Of a stretch of 64,000 nt of DNA, positions 1 through 9,513 are shown in pieces (positions within the stretch are counted from its first letter, which is position 1; each line of letters begins with the position of its first letter). The stretch is taken from the NCBI GenBank assembly GCA_965223795.1, contig CBDCXL010000002.1:896001-960000 (forward strand), written 5' to 3'. A program made the position numbers and the translations under genes. The stretch is from Nitrospinales bacterium (GTDB lineage Bacteria > Nitrospinota > Nitrospinia > Nitrospinales > VA-1). Below the pieces are notes generated by a model that worked only from the letters and a program-made list of their open reading frames with translations, was not told where the DNA came from and made no database searches.

Positions 1-144
1 GCTGACACCGATTGCCGAACCCAGCAGCACCATCAGCCAACTGGCTGCGATCACAAACACCATCCCGGCAAATACCGCGCCCCAACTGATGAGCGGTTCT
101 CGCTCCACTTCGGCCACGAGCGCATCTTCACGTTTGGAAACCAT
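1..144 (-). CDS. Membrane protein, 5' part only (runs off the window)
   Basis: Translated by hand: MVSKREDALVAEVEREPLISWGAVFAGMVFVIAASWLMVLLGSAIGVS...; GGAG RBS upstream; hydrophobic helix starting with SWGAVFAG. Confidence 0.7.
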   Translation of the reverse strand, partial: MVSKREDALVAEVEREPLISWGAVFAGMVFVIAASWLMVLLGSAIGVS

Positions 145-258
145 AATGTTCTCCGTTTTTAAATGCCCGGCGTGACCCGGACAGGGATCCCCCGGCATGT
201 TCATCAGTATTAAAAATTAAATGATTTCAGACTGTTCGAACGAGTCCTGCTCAAATAT

Positions 259-274
259 TGCAATTTGAATGCCG
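259..274 (-). promoter_or_regulatory. Putative sigma-54 -24/-12 promoter of the upstream membrane protein gene
   Basis: Minus strand CGGCATTCAAATTGCA matches TGGCAC-N5-TTGCA with the exact GG-N10-GC spacing, about 115 bp before the ATG at 144. Confidence 0.5.
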
Positions 275-587
275 ATCCATTGTTGCGAAAAATAATTCTT
301 CCCGGATCCCGGTGAAGCTCATTGTTTAAGTTGGCGTGGATCCGGTTTTCCTTTTTTTTCTGAACGCAGAAACAAGCACGGCATGGCGGAATACCCGCAT
401 CCGACACAGGTTCAGATGCACCTCTGTTGCAGAGAAACCGGGTGATTTACACCAATCAGGATTCAGGTTTTATTGAAAGGCGGGCGGGGATAAAGAGATT
501 GCAGATATTAAAAGCAGCGGAATCCGGGGTGCGACAAGCGCGGTTGCCCGATCGGTTGGGGGATGGGGCTTGTTGTGGAGGACGCGT

Positions 588-1478
588 TCACCGCGTTTTG
601 AGACGGAACCGCTCGTACAGTTTGAATGCCAGCGGATTTTCGATCTGCCGGGGGCTTTTCACCAGCCAGATATCCTCGTGAACGCCTTCCAGGGTCCCGA
701 GCTTTTCCCATTCTCCCTGCTTCCGCAATTCCTGGCCGGCGAAATCCGGCAGCGGCACCAGGCCCATTCCGGCTTTACCGAGCATTTTCTGCACCGAGGT
801 GTCCTGAGTTTCGATGACGAGGCGGACGGACAATCCGTTCACTTTGAAGTAGTGGTCGAGATCGTGCCGGAGCTTGCTGTGGTGGGTGGGCAGGATGAAC
901 GGCTGCCCGTTGAGCGAGCTGGGAAAGTTGCGCTTGAGATGGCGGTGCTTTCGGGTTCCCCAGAGCGTCACCGGGACGCTGCTTAAAAGGCGCGACTGAA
1001 ACGACCGGCCGCCTGCGAGCGCGGGCGGGAAATTCGACGCGACCAGATCGATGCGGTGCGCCATGAGTTCACGAAACAGGAATTCCCCCTCCCCTTCAAG
1101 CACTGTGATCATGCAGTCCTCGGACTTTCGCACCGATTCGACCAGCCACTGAATCAGCTTCTTCGGCAGGCTGTCGAGAATTCCGATCTGCAGGTGCAGG
1201 CGGCGGGAGAAGCTTTTGTCCTTCAGCACTTCCTGCATCTCGTCGCCGAGATGGAAAATCTGGTTGGCGTATTCCAGCGCCGCCCGTCCCGCCTCGGTCA
1301 AAACCAGGCTGCGGTTTTTCCGCTCGAACAACTCCCGTCCCAGCGCCTCTTCCAGCTGCCGGATCTGAATGCTGACCGCAGGCTGACCCAGCCGCAGTTT
1401 CTTTGCGGCTTTGGAGATGCTGCCTTCGGTCGCCACCGTGCGGAAATAGAGCAGGTGCTGATAGTTCAAAAAGTGCAT
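588..1478 (-). CDS. LysR-family transcriptional regulator, NhaR-like
   Basis: N-terminal LNYQHLLYF...A.EGSISKAAKKL.LGQPAVS.QI..LE HTH; LysR substrate-binding domain; 296 aa. Confidence 0.9.
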   Translation of the reverse strand: MHFLNYQHLLYFRTVATEGSISKAAKKLRLGQPAVSIQIRQLEEALGRELFERKNRSLVLTEAGRAALEYANQIFHLGDEMQEVLKDKSFSRRLHLQIGILDSLPKKLIQWLVESVRKSEDCMITVLEGEGEFLFRELMAHRIDLVASNFPPALAGGRSFQSRLLSSVPVTLWGTRKHRHLKRNFPSSLNGQPFILPTHHSKLRHDLDHYFKVNGLSVRLVIETQDTSVQKMLGKAGMGLVPLPDFAGQELRKQGEWEKLGTLEGVHEDIWLVKSPRQIENPLAFKLYERFRLKTR

Positions 1479-1667
1479 GACTCAATATATTAATTTTTTC
1501 AAACTATTTAATTAAAATTATAAATAAAACTAAAGCATCATCGCCACATCTAAATGTTCGAAGGGTGAAAAAGAACCCGGCTGGCTCCGGTGCAGCATCC
1601 GGACCGCAAAAGCGATTCATCCCTTCTGTTGAACCTGACCACAAGCTTCGGAAAGGAGGGTTGGGCA

Positions 1668-1802
1668 ATGAAAAACACGATCAACAAATTCTTCGGATTC
1701 GACAAGAATTCCTTGTTTCATATTTTCATCCACGCCGGTTTCGTCGTCTCGATTCTGGCGGGTCTGATCACGCTTTGGATCGCTTATTTCGCCAATTTGT
1801 AA
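1668..1802 (+). CDS. Small membrane protein A, copy 1 (44 aa)
   Basis: MKNTINKFFGFDKNSLFHIFIHAGFVVSILAGLITLWIAYFANL; strong RBS GAAAGGAGG; one C-terminal hydrophobic helix; paralog at 2000 differs mainly by synonymous changes. Confidence 0.8.
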   Translation: MKNTINKFFGFDKNSLFHIFIHAGFVVSILAGLITLWIAYFANL

Positions 1803-1832
1803 TTTCGCACTAAGAAAGAGGAGGTCCTGATC

Positions 1833-1940
1833 ATGGATGCTTACATTCTGACTCTGCTGGTTGGATTGTCGATCCTGGGTCTCGCCGCGTTTTTCAGAAT
1901 GGGGGGCCTGTTTGAAATAGGACGGTCCGACCGGTCCTGA
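1833..1940 (+). CDS. Small membrane protein B, copy 1 (35 aa; below the ORF-track cutoff)
   Basis: MDAYILTLLVGLSILGLAAFFRMGGLFEIGRSDRS; RBS AAGAGGAGGT; N-terminal hydrophobic helix; frame and length conserved in the paralog. Confidence 0.7.
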   Translation: MDAYILTLLVGLSILGLAAFFRMGGLFEIGRSDRS

Positions 1941-1999
1941 ACACCGTTTCGCCATCAATGTTGAACCTGACTTCAAGCAACGGAAAGGAGGGTTTGGCA

Positions 2000-2134
2000 A
2001 TGAAAAACACGATCAACAAATTCTTCGGATTCGACAGGAATTCCTTGTTTCATATTTTCATCCACGCCGGTTTCGTCGTCTCGATTCTGGCAGGTCTGAT
2101 GATGCTGTGGATCGCTTACTTTGCCAATCTGTGA
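2000..2134 (+). CDS. Small membrane protein A, copy 2 (44 aa)
   Basis: MKNTINKFFGFDRNSLFHIFIHAGFVVSILAGLMMLWIAYFANL; RBS GAAAGGAGG; 41/44 aa identical to copy 1. Confidence 0.8.
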   Translation: MKNTINKFFGFDRNSLFHIFIHAGFVVSILAGLMMLWIAYFANL

Positions 2135-2161
2135 TTTCATTAAAAAGAGGAGGTGCTGACC

Positions 2162-2269
2162 ATGGATGTTTATCTTCTGACTTTGCTGGTTGGAGTGTCG
2201 ATCCTGGGTCTCGCCGCTTTTATCGGAGCGGGGGGCCTGTTTGAAAAAGGTCCGGTCGACCGGTCCTGA
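2162..2269 (+). CDS. Small membrane protein B, copy 2 (35 aa)
   Basis: MDVYLLTLLVGVSILGLAAFIGAGGLFEKGPVDRS; RBS AAGAGGAGGT; 26/35 aa identical to copy 1, no indels. Confidence 0.7.
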   Translation: MDVYLLTLLVGVSILGLAAFIGAGGLFEKGPVDRS

Positions 2270-2282
2270 ACACCACATAGAA

Positions 2283-2318
2283 CCGCCCGAGGCTCCAAGC
2301 CTCGGGCGGATTTTTTTT
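2283..2318 (+). terminator. Rho-independent terminator after the small-protein cassette
   Basis: 12-bp stem CCGCCCGAGGCT/AGCCTCGGGCGG followed by A and T8. Confidence 0.9.
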
Positions 2319-2681
2319 CAACAGAATTTCACCCGCCCCCTCCGCCCCGCTTCGCCGGCCCCAGTATCCGGATTCCGCCCGCACCCCTGCCAGAAACTCG
2401 ATGCCGGGTTGCGTGCGTTTCTGGTTTTAAATCGAAAAATCAAAGAAAGGCGTTCGGCGTTGTGTTCCCCGATTGCGGCGGACGCGGCCTGGCGGGAGTT
2501 GGGAACATCCACTGCGCCGCCGATCTGGCCGGGCACAAGTCGATCAACACGACAAAGAAATACGCGTACCTGAAAGACGAAAACCGCGTCCATGCGATGC
2601 GGCGGGCGTTCCTCAAGGCGGGGGGCGACGCATGACGGCTGTCGGAATAATGTCGGAAAGGAAATTCCAACGGCCGCAAAA

Positions 2682-2759
2682 TGGCGTCCCCAGCGGGATT
2701 CGAACCCGCGTCGCCGGCGTGAAAGGCCGGTGTCCTGGGCCTGGCTAGACGATGGGGAC
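2682..2759 (-). tRNA. tRNA-Glu (TTC)
   Basis: GTCCCCATCGTCTAGCCAGGCCCAGGACACCGGCC-TTTCAC-GCCGG...GGTTCGAATCC...GGGGACGCCA; CCA encoded. Confidence 0.97.
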
Positions 2760-2787
2760 GTTCAAGTGGATGGAAGCAAAAGAAAAG

Positions 2788-2860
2788 TGAGCCGCGAAGG
2801 GATCGAACCTTCGACCACCTGATTAAAAGTCAGGTGCTCTACCAACTGAGCTAGCGGCCC
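2788..2860 (-). tRNA. tRNA-Lys (TTT)
   Basis: GGGCCGCTAGCTCAGTTGGTAGAGCACCTGAC-TTTTAA-TCAGG...GGTTCGATCCCTTCGCGGCTCA; CCA not encoded. Confidence 0.97.
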
Positions 2861-2875
2861 ACGTGTAAGTGGGAA

Positions 2876-2904
2876 AAATTAACAGACCTATATTACCATG
2901 TCAA
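2876..2904 (-). promoter_or_regulatory. Sigma-70 promoter of the tRNA-Lys/tRNA-Glu pair
   Basis: TTGACA-N17-TAATTT ending 15 bp upstream of tRNA-Lys. Confidence 0.7.
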
Positions 2905-2987
2905 TGGGTTTTATTTGGCTTGATTTTAGAGCTTTAGGCCCATAAGATCGTAGGTTACCGGAAGTTTATATTGAACGCGAGGCTCCC

Positions 2988-3905
2988 TTGGAAAAATCCG
3001 AACTGATCTGGCTCGACGGCAAATGGCTGCCCTGGCACGAGGCCAACGTGCACGTCCTCACCCACACGTTGCACTACGGGATGGGCGTGTTCGAGGGGCT
3101 GCGCTGCTACCGCACCGACCGGAACACCTCCATCGTGTTCCGGCTGCCGGAACACGCCGAGCGCCTGTTTCATTCCGCCGCCATTCTGGGGCTTGAAATC
3201 CCGTTTTCAAAGCAGGAAATCACGCAGGTGATCCTCGACGTCGTGCGCAAAAACAAGCTGGAAGAATGCTACATCCGGCCCATCGTCTTTCTGGGCAGCA
3301 ACAAAATGGGGCTCAACCCGGAGGGCGTGGACGTGCGTGTCGCCGTGGCGGCCTGGCCCTGGGGCACCTACCTCGGCGACGACGGGCTCAACAAGGGTAT
3401 CCGGGTGCGGGTCTCTTCGTTCACGCGGCACCACGTCAACATCAGCCTGACCCGCGCCAAGGCCTGCGGCTACTACATCAACTCGATTCTGGCCAAGGCG
3501 GAAGCGGTGCGCGACGGCTACGACGAGGCCATCCTGCTCGACCCCAACGGATTCGTTTCGGAGGGTTCCGGGGAAAACATCTTCCTGCTGGACAAAGGCC
3601 GCCTGCACACGCCGGCGCTGTCGCATTCGAACCTCGACGGCATCACCCGCGACGCGGTGATGGAAATCTGCAAGGATCTGAACATCGAGGTCGTGGAGCG
3701 GAGCGTCACGCGCGACGAGCTGTACATCGCCGATGAAGTGTTTCTGACCGGAACGGCGGCGGAGATCACGCCGGTCCGGGAAGTGGACAACCGCCCCATC
3801 GGCACGGGAAGCAAGGGAAAAACAACGGATTTGATCCAGAAAGCCTTCTTCGACATCGTGCGCGGCAACCAGCCCCGGCACAAGGACTGGCTGACCGAGG
3901 TGTGA
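2988..3905 (+). CDS. ilvE: Branched-chain amino acid aminotransferase
   Basis: HxLHYGxGVFEG, YIRP, PLP lysine in AKACGYY, EGSGEN, GTAAEITP. Confidence 0.95.
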   Translation: MEKSELIWLDGKWLPWHEANVHVLTHTLHYGMGVFEGLRCYRTDRNTSIVFRLPEHAERLFHSAAILGLEIPFSKQEITQVILDVVRKNKLEECYIRPIVFLGSNKMGLNPEGVDVRVAVAAWPWGTYLGDDGLNKGIRVRVSSFTRHHVNISLTRAKACGYYINSILAKAEAVRDGYDEAILLDPNGFVSEGSGENIFLLDKGRLHTPALSHSNLDGITRDAVMEICKDLNIEVVERSVTRDELYIADEVFLTGTAAEITPVREVDNRPIGTGSKGKTTDLIQKAFFDIVRGNQPRHKDWLTEV

Positions 3906-3964
3906 TGCCGATCGTCCCCCCTGTTTCGGCATTTCGATTGCCCTGAAAAATTCATGCAGGCACC

Positions 3965-3993
3965 TTGCCATTTGCGGCCTGGGATCTTATCCT
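3965..3993 (+). promoter_or_regulatory. Putative sigma-70 promoter of the zinc-ribbon/ntrBC operon
   Basis: TTGCCA-N17-TATCCT about 45 bp before the ATG at 4038. Confidence 0.5.
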
Positions 3994-4037
3994 GTGTGAG
4001 GTCCACGTGCGCTGGTATTTAAAGGAGTCCGGGTTTC

Positions 4038-4418
4038 ATGCCTATCTACGAATACGAATGTGAAAAGTGCCACACCACCTTCGAGGTGATGCAGCAGGTA
4101 TCCGCAAAACCCTTGAAAACGCATAAGTCCGAAAATTGCGACGGCAAGGTGCGCAGGCTGGTCTCCGCCTCGGGCTTCATCCTGAAAGGGTCCGGCTGGT
4201 ACGCCACCGACTATCCTTCCGAAGCCCGCAAGCAGGGCTGGGAAAAAGAGCAGAAACAGGCCAGTCCGGCGGCGCCGGAGACGAAGGGCGAGGGCGGCAA
4301 ACCGGAGGCGAAGACCGAGGCTCCCCCCAAGGCCGCGCCCAAGCCGGCGGCGAAAAAACCGGCGAGCAAGAACCCCTATTCGGGGGGCAAGAAAAGCAAG
4401 GCCAAATCCGCCAAATGA
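4038..4418 (+). CDS. FmdB-family zinc-ribbon protein
   Basis: MPIYEYECEKC...C.GKVRRLVS..GF.LKGSGWY.TDY signature; Lys/Pro/Ala-rich tail; second Cys pair partly degenerate (HKSENC). Confidence 0.85.
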   Translation: MPIYEYECEKCHTTFEVMQQVSAKPLKTHKSENCDGKVRRLVSASGFILKGSGWYATDYPSEARKQGWEKEQKQASPAAPETKGEGGKPEAKTEAPPKAAPKPAAKKPASKNPYSGGKKSKAKSAK

Positions 4419-4421
4419 AGG

Positions 4422-5543
4422 ATGCCGCCCGCAGGCAGGGCGGATCCCTCTCTCAGCGAGGAGAAACCGGGATTGTTTGACAAAATCTTCTCCTCCTTCA
4501 TCGACGGCGTCGTCCTCGTATCGGGCGACCACACGATCCTCAACAGCAACCCGGCCATCGAAGAGATGTTCCAGCGCTCGCGCGACAGCTTCGAAGGACG
4601 GCCGCTTGCCGAACTGTTTCACGAACCCGCATCCCTCGAAAACAAACTGGCCCGCACGTTCGCCACGGGCGTTTCCTTCCGCGACATCGAATGCGCGGGC
4701 ATCAAACGCAACAGCAGAAACCGCTTCCCTGTGAGCCTCACGCTGTCGCCGTATCACAGCGACGCGGACCACATCGAGGGCGTCGTGGTGCTGGTCAAGG
4801 ACCTGAGCCTGATCAAGGAACTGCAGGCCACCTCGCGCCCGGTGGAGCATCTGGCGACGATGGGCTATCTGGCGATGGGCATGGCGCATGAGATCCGCAA
4901 TCCGCTCGGCGGCATCCGCGCTTCGGCGCAGCTCCTGAAAGCGGAGCTGACGAGCAAGGATCAGCAGGAATACCTGGACGTGGTGATCTCGGAGGTGGAC
5001 CGCATCAACCACATCGTCGAGCAGATGATGGGATTCACCGGCCCGCGCCAGCTCGACCTTGCGGAAATCAACATCCACAAGCTGCTGGACGAAATCCTGC
5101 TTCTGCACAAGACGCCGCTCAGGGAAAAGCGCATCCAGATCGAGCGCATCTACGATCCCAGCCTGCCGCCCATCCTCGGCGACGAGGACAAGCTCAAGCA
5201 GGTGTTTCTGAACCTGATCAAAAACGCCGTGGAGGCTTCCGGCGACGACAGGAAAATCGCGCTGATCAGCCGGGTGGGTTCGGGCTTCACGATCAAGGCG
5301 GCCAAAGACGGCTGCCCGCGCCAGAGCATCGTGGTGGAGATCACCGACTCGGGAGCGGGGATGAACCGCGACACGCTGGAAAACCTGTTCACGCCGTTTT
5401 TCAGCACCAAGACCCGGGGCAGCGGTCTGGGCCTGCCGATATCTTTGAAAATCGTTGAAAATCACGGCGGTAAGATCAAGGTCACCTCCGAGGAGGGCCT
5501 GGGCACAACGGTGCAGGTGTTTCTCCCCATCGGAAATCAGTGA
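4422..5543 (+). CDS. ntrB: PAS-domain histidine kinase, NtrB/GlnL-like
   Basis: PAS then AHEIRNPLGGIR H-box, YDPSLPP motif, QVFLNL.KNA N-box, GSGLGL G-box. Confidence 0.8.
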   Translation: MPPAGRADPSLSEEKPGLFDKIFSSFIDGVVLVSGDHTILNSNPAIEEMFQRSRDSFEGRPLAELFHEPASLENKLARTFATGVSFRDIECAGIKRNSRNRFPVSLTLSPYHSDADHIEGVVVLVKDLSLIKELQATSRPVEHLATMGYLAMGMAHEIRNPLGGIRASAQLLKAELTSKDQQEYLDVVISEVDRINHIVEQMMGFTGPRQLDLAEINIHKLLDEILLLHKTPLREKRIQIERIYDPSLPPILGDEDKLKQVFLNLIKNAVEASGDDRKIALISRVGSGFTIKAAKDGCPRQSIVVEITDSGAGMNRDTLENLFTPFFSTKTRGSGLGLPISLKIVENHGGKIKVTSEEGLGTTVQVFLPIGNQ

Positions 5544-5555
5544 TAAAATAGGCAA

Positions 5556-7022
<1,467 letters not shown>

Positions 7023-7047
7023 GTCTCTCATTCCCAGGGTCGCGCTT

Positions 7048-8019
7048 TTGGAAACTCGAAACATCGCCGCCTACGACCGCCCGCTGGGCGGATCCGTCGC
7101 CATCGTCAAGCAGACCTTTTCGCCGCCGCCCGGCGGCAAGACCGGGGGCAAACGCGTGTCGTTCGTCGCGGGGCTGCACGGAGACGAACTGGAAGGCGTG
7201 TACCTCTGCCACCTGCTGATCGACGCGTTCCGCAGGCTGCAAACGGAGGAGCCCGAGGCGCTCAAGGGCACGCTCAACGTCTACCCCGCCGTGAACCCGC
7301 AGGCGCTGGCTTCGGGAACGCGGTTGTGGCCGTTTTTTTCCGTCGACATGAACCGGCAGATGGGCAAGCCGGCGCAGGATTCCCTGCCCGCCGGGTTTTC
7401 CAACGCGCTGCTCGAGGATCTCGCGGACTCGTCGGACCTCGTGGTCGACATCCACGCCAGCAACCTGCACCTTCGCGAGCTGCCGCAGATCCGCATCATT
7501 CAGGAATTCGACAAGAAACTCATTCCCTTCGCGATGCGCATGAACGCGGACCTCGTCTGGGTGCATCCTTCGGCGGGCGTGTTCGAATCGACCCTGGGCT
7601 GCAACCTGAACCGCATGAAAATCCCCACACTGGTGGTGGAGATGGGCATCTGCCTGAGGATCGATCCCGCTTTCTGCACGCAGATGCTCGACGGCATCCT
7701 GCACCTTCTGCATCAACTGGATGTTCTGACGCCGCGCGGCGGACCGCCTTCCGTCAAGGAGACCCGGCTCGTCAATCCGCAGCAGGTGGCGCTGGTGCAG
7801 GCGAACCATTCCGGCCTGTTTCTGGGCAAGGCCCGATTGGGCGATGTCGTCCGCAAGGACGATCCGATCGGCGACGTGGTGGACCCGGTTCGCGGCGAAG
7901 TGCTGCAGGCGGCGACGGCGCCCGCTTCCGGCCTTTTGTTCACCCTGCGGGAACACCCCCTCACCTACCAGGGCGCGCCGCTTTGCCGCATCGCGCTCGA
8001 GGACGCGGCGAAATCGTGA
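7048..8019 (+). CDS. M14/AstE-AspA (succinylglutamate desuccinylase/aspartoacylase) family metallohydrolase
   Basis: GLHGDELEG (HxxE), DMNR, DIHAS, VVEMG; C-terminal barrel-sandwich hybrid-like domain; TTG start. Confidence 0.85.
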   Translation: METRNIAAYDRPLGGSVAIVKQTFSPPPGGKTGGKRVSFVAGLHGDELEGVYLCHLLIDAFRRLQTEEPEALKGTLNVYPAVNPQALASGTRLWPFFSVDMNRQMGKPAQDSLPAGFSNALLEDLADSSDLVVDIHASNLHLRELPQIRIIQEFDKKLIPFAMRMNADLVWVHPSAGVFESTLGCNLNRMKIPTLVVEMGICLRIDPAFCTQMLDGILHLLHQLDVLTPRGGPPSVKETRLVNPQQVALVQANHSGLFLGKARLGDVVRKDDPIGDVVDPVRGEVLQAATAPASGLLFTLREHPLTYQGAPLCRIALEDAAKS

Positions 8020-8984
8020 ACACCTGCATCCTGTCCATCCCGTCGCCGCTGGGAGGCTCCATCGACCTGTGCAAGAACGTGTGGGAAGGCTCCCGCACGC
8101 CCGACGACGTGGTCTCGATCGTCAGCGGCCTGCACGGCGACCAGATCAACGGCCTGTACCTGAACGCGCGGCTCACGCATTTTCTCGATGAGGTGGCGGC
8201 CGGGAAACAATCCGAATACCGCATCATGGGGCGGGTGCAGTTGTTTCCGGTGGTCAACGTGCAGGCGGCGCACGCGGGCACGCCTTTCTGGTCCTACGAC
8301 GACCTGGATCTCGACCTCGCGTTTCCGGGCAACGAGAAGGGCGAGGTGGTGGAACGCCTGGCCGGCGCCCTGCTCAAGCACACGCAGGATTCGACGCACG
8401 CGCTGATCCTGAAAACCGCGCCTGTGCATTACGAGGACGCGCCGCACCTGCAATGCTTCAAACCCGGACGGCCGGCCAAGAAAATGGCCCAGGCTTTGGG
8501 GTTCGCGGCGGCGCGCGAGCTGCACGAGGACCCGGCGTTTAAGCTGAACCTGTTTTACCAGTGGGTGCAGAAGGACATTCCCTGCCTCATCCTGTCGGCG
8601 GGGCGGCCGCAGAGCCTGGACAGGGCGCTGTGCGATTCGCTGTTCGAAGGGCTGGTGAACCTGCTTTTGAACTGCGGCGCGCTCACGCATGCCTCGCGCA
8701 AGGCGGAAAAATCGCAGACGCGTTTTTACAAGCACAGCGAAACACGGACGCTGGCTTCCCCGCAGGCAGGGCTGTTTCTGCCGCAGGTGGCGGCAGGCGC
8801 GAAGGTTCAGGAAGGGGACGTTCTGGGAGAGGTGCGGGACATCCCATCGGGACGTCCGCTTGATACGCTCACGGCGCCGGAAACCGGCGTGGTGGTGCGG
8901 CTGCGGCACTATCCATTGATCTATCAGAGAGAGGCGGCGGCGCTGCTGTTGCCGGAGAAAAAAAGCGGGTTCTGGCCGTTTTGA
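8016..8984 (+). CDS. M14/AstE-AspA family paralog with degenerate active site
   Basis: GTG start in a GTGA overlap with the upstream stop; GLHGDQING, DLDLAFPG, same C-terminal domain as the upstream gene. Confidence 0.8.
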   Translation: MNTCILSIPSPLGGSIDLCKNVWEGSRTPDDVVSIVSGLHGDQINGLYLNARLTHFLDEVAAGKQSEYRIMGRVQLFPVVNVQAAHAGTPFWSYDDLDLDLAFPGNEKGEVVERLAGALLKHTQDSTHALILKTAPVHYEDAPHLQCFKPGRPAKKMAQALGFAAARELHEDPAFKLNLFYQWVQKDIPCLILSAGRPQSLDRALCDSLFEGLVNLLLNCGALTHASRKAEKSQTRFYKHSETRTLASPQAGLFLPQVAAGAKVQEGDVLGEVRDIPSGRPLDTLTAPETGVVVRLRHYPLIYQREAAALLLPEKKSGFWPF

Positions 8985-9017
8985 ATTTTCAGGAAGTCTG
9001 GAAAGAAGAGATGTTCC

Positions 9018-9278
9018 TCAGCCGGGCATGCTGATGTTGAGGAAGAACAGCGTGATGCCGGTGAGCGAGATGAGGCTGCCGAACAGGGTCATGAGGATGC
9101 CGCGGACGGTTTTGGGCATGACAACGTCGTTTTTGCGGCGTTCCTGCCGGTAACGGTTGCGGGGATCTTTCAGCCATTCCTCTTCTTCGCGCTCCCATTT
9201 GGAACACAGGCTCAGCAATCCGGCACCAAAGAAAAACAGCACGATGCCCCAGATCTGCATTGCATTGAGGAAATCCAT
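9018..9278 (-). CDS. Small two-helix membrane protein
   Basis: Two hydrophobic segments around a charged loop; AGGGAG RBS upstream. Confidence 0.7.
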   Translation of the reverse strand: MDFLNAMQIWGIVLFFFGAGLLSLCSKWEREEEEWLKDPRNRYRQERRKNDVVMPKTVRGILMTLFGSLISLTGITLFFLNISMPG

Positions 9279-9469
9279 TGCGTCTCCCTAAAAGAAGATC
9301 GAGGTTCGCCCCGCCGATAACAGGTGCGCCCGGCGCGGCCGATTTTCCACATATCCCATTATATAACAAATAGTTATAAATTTTCAACGGAGCCTGCCTC
9401 CGGACAGCCCGTGACCGCCGGGCGGCCCCGGTTCGCCACATCCGCAATCACCCGAAAATCATTATGTTT

Positions 9470-9502
9470 AAAAGGCTTGGCCCCTCCCCGCCGGGGAGGG
9501 GC
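9470..9502 (-). terminator. Terminator after the cytochrome c gene
   Basis: 10-bp stem GCCCCTCCCC/GGGGAGGGGC just after the stop at 9514, then CCTTTT on the minus strand. Confidence 0.6.
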
Positions 9503-9513
9503 GCAGGCCGTGT

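Larger units (their letters stand above)
1627..2274 (+). repeat. Tandem duplication, two units of about 320-330 bp (1627-1945 and 1959-2274)
   Basis: Both units start TGTTGAACCTGAC and end CCGGTCCTGAACACC; start-to-start offset 332 bp; high identity throughout. Confidence 0.95.

Noticed and set aside
1627..2274. CRISPR array or type I toxin-antitoxin locus
   Set aside because: There are only two long coding units, with no short repeat-spacer pattern and no cas genes; no antisense promoter/terminator or SD-sequestering structure was identified.
2320..2681. Integrative element at the tRNA-Glu 3' end
   Set aside because: No integrase and no duplicated tRNA 3' end were found in the window; the short ORFs here overlap each other and lack motifs.
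7326..8015. N-terminal extensions in the ORF track (7326, 17640, 26322, 32511, 40071, 54606 starts)
   Set aside because: They overlap neighbouring real genes or promoters; family motifs and RBSs support the later starts used above.
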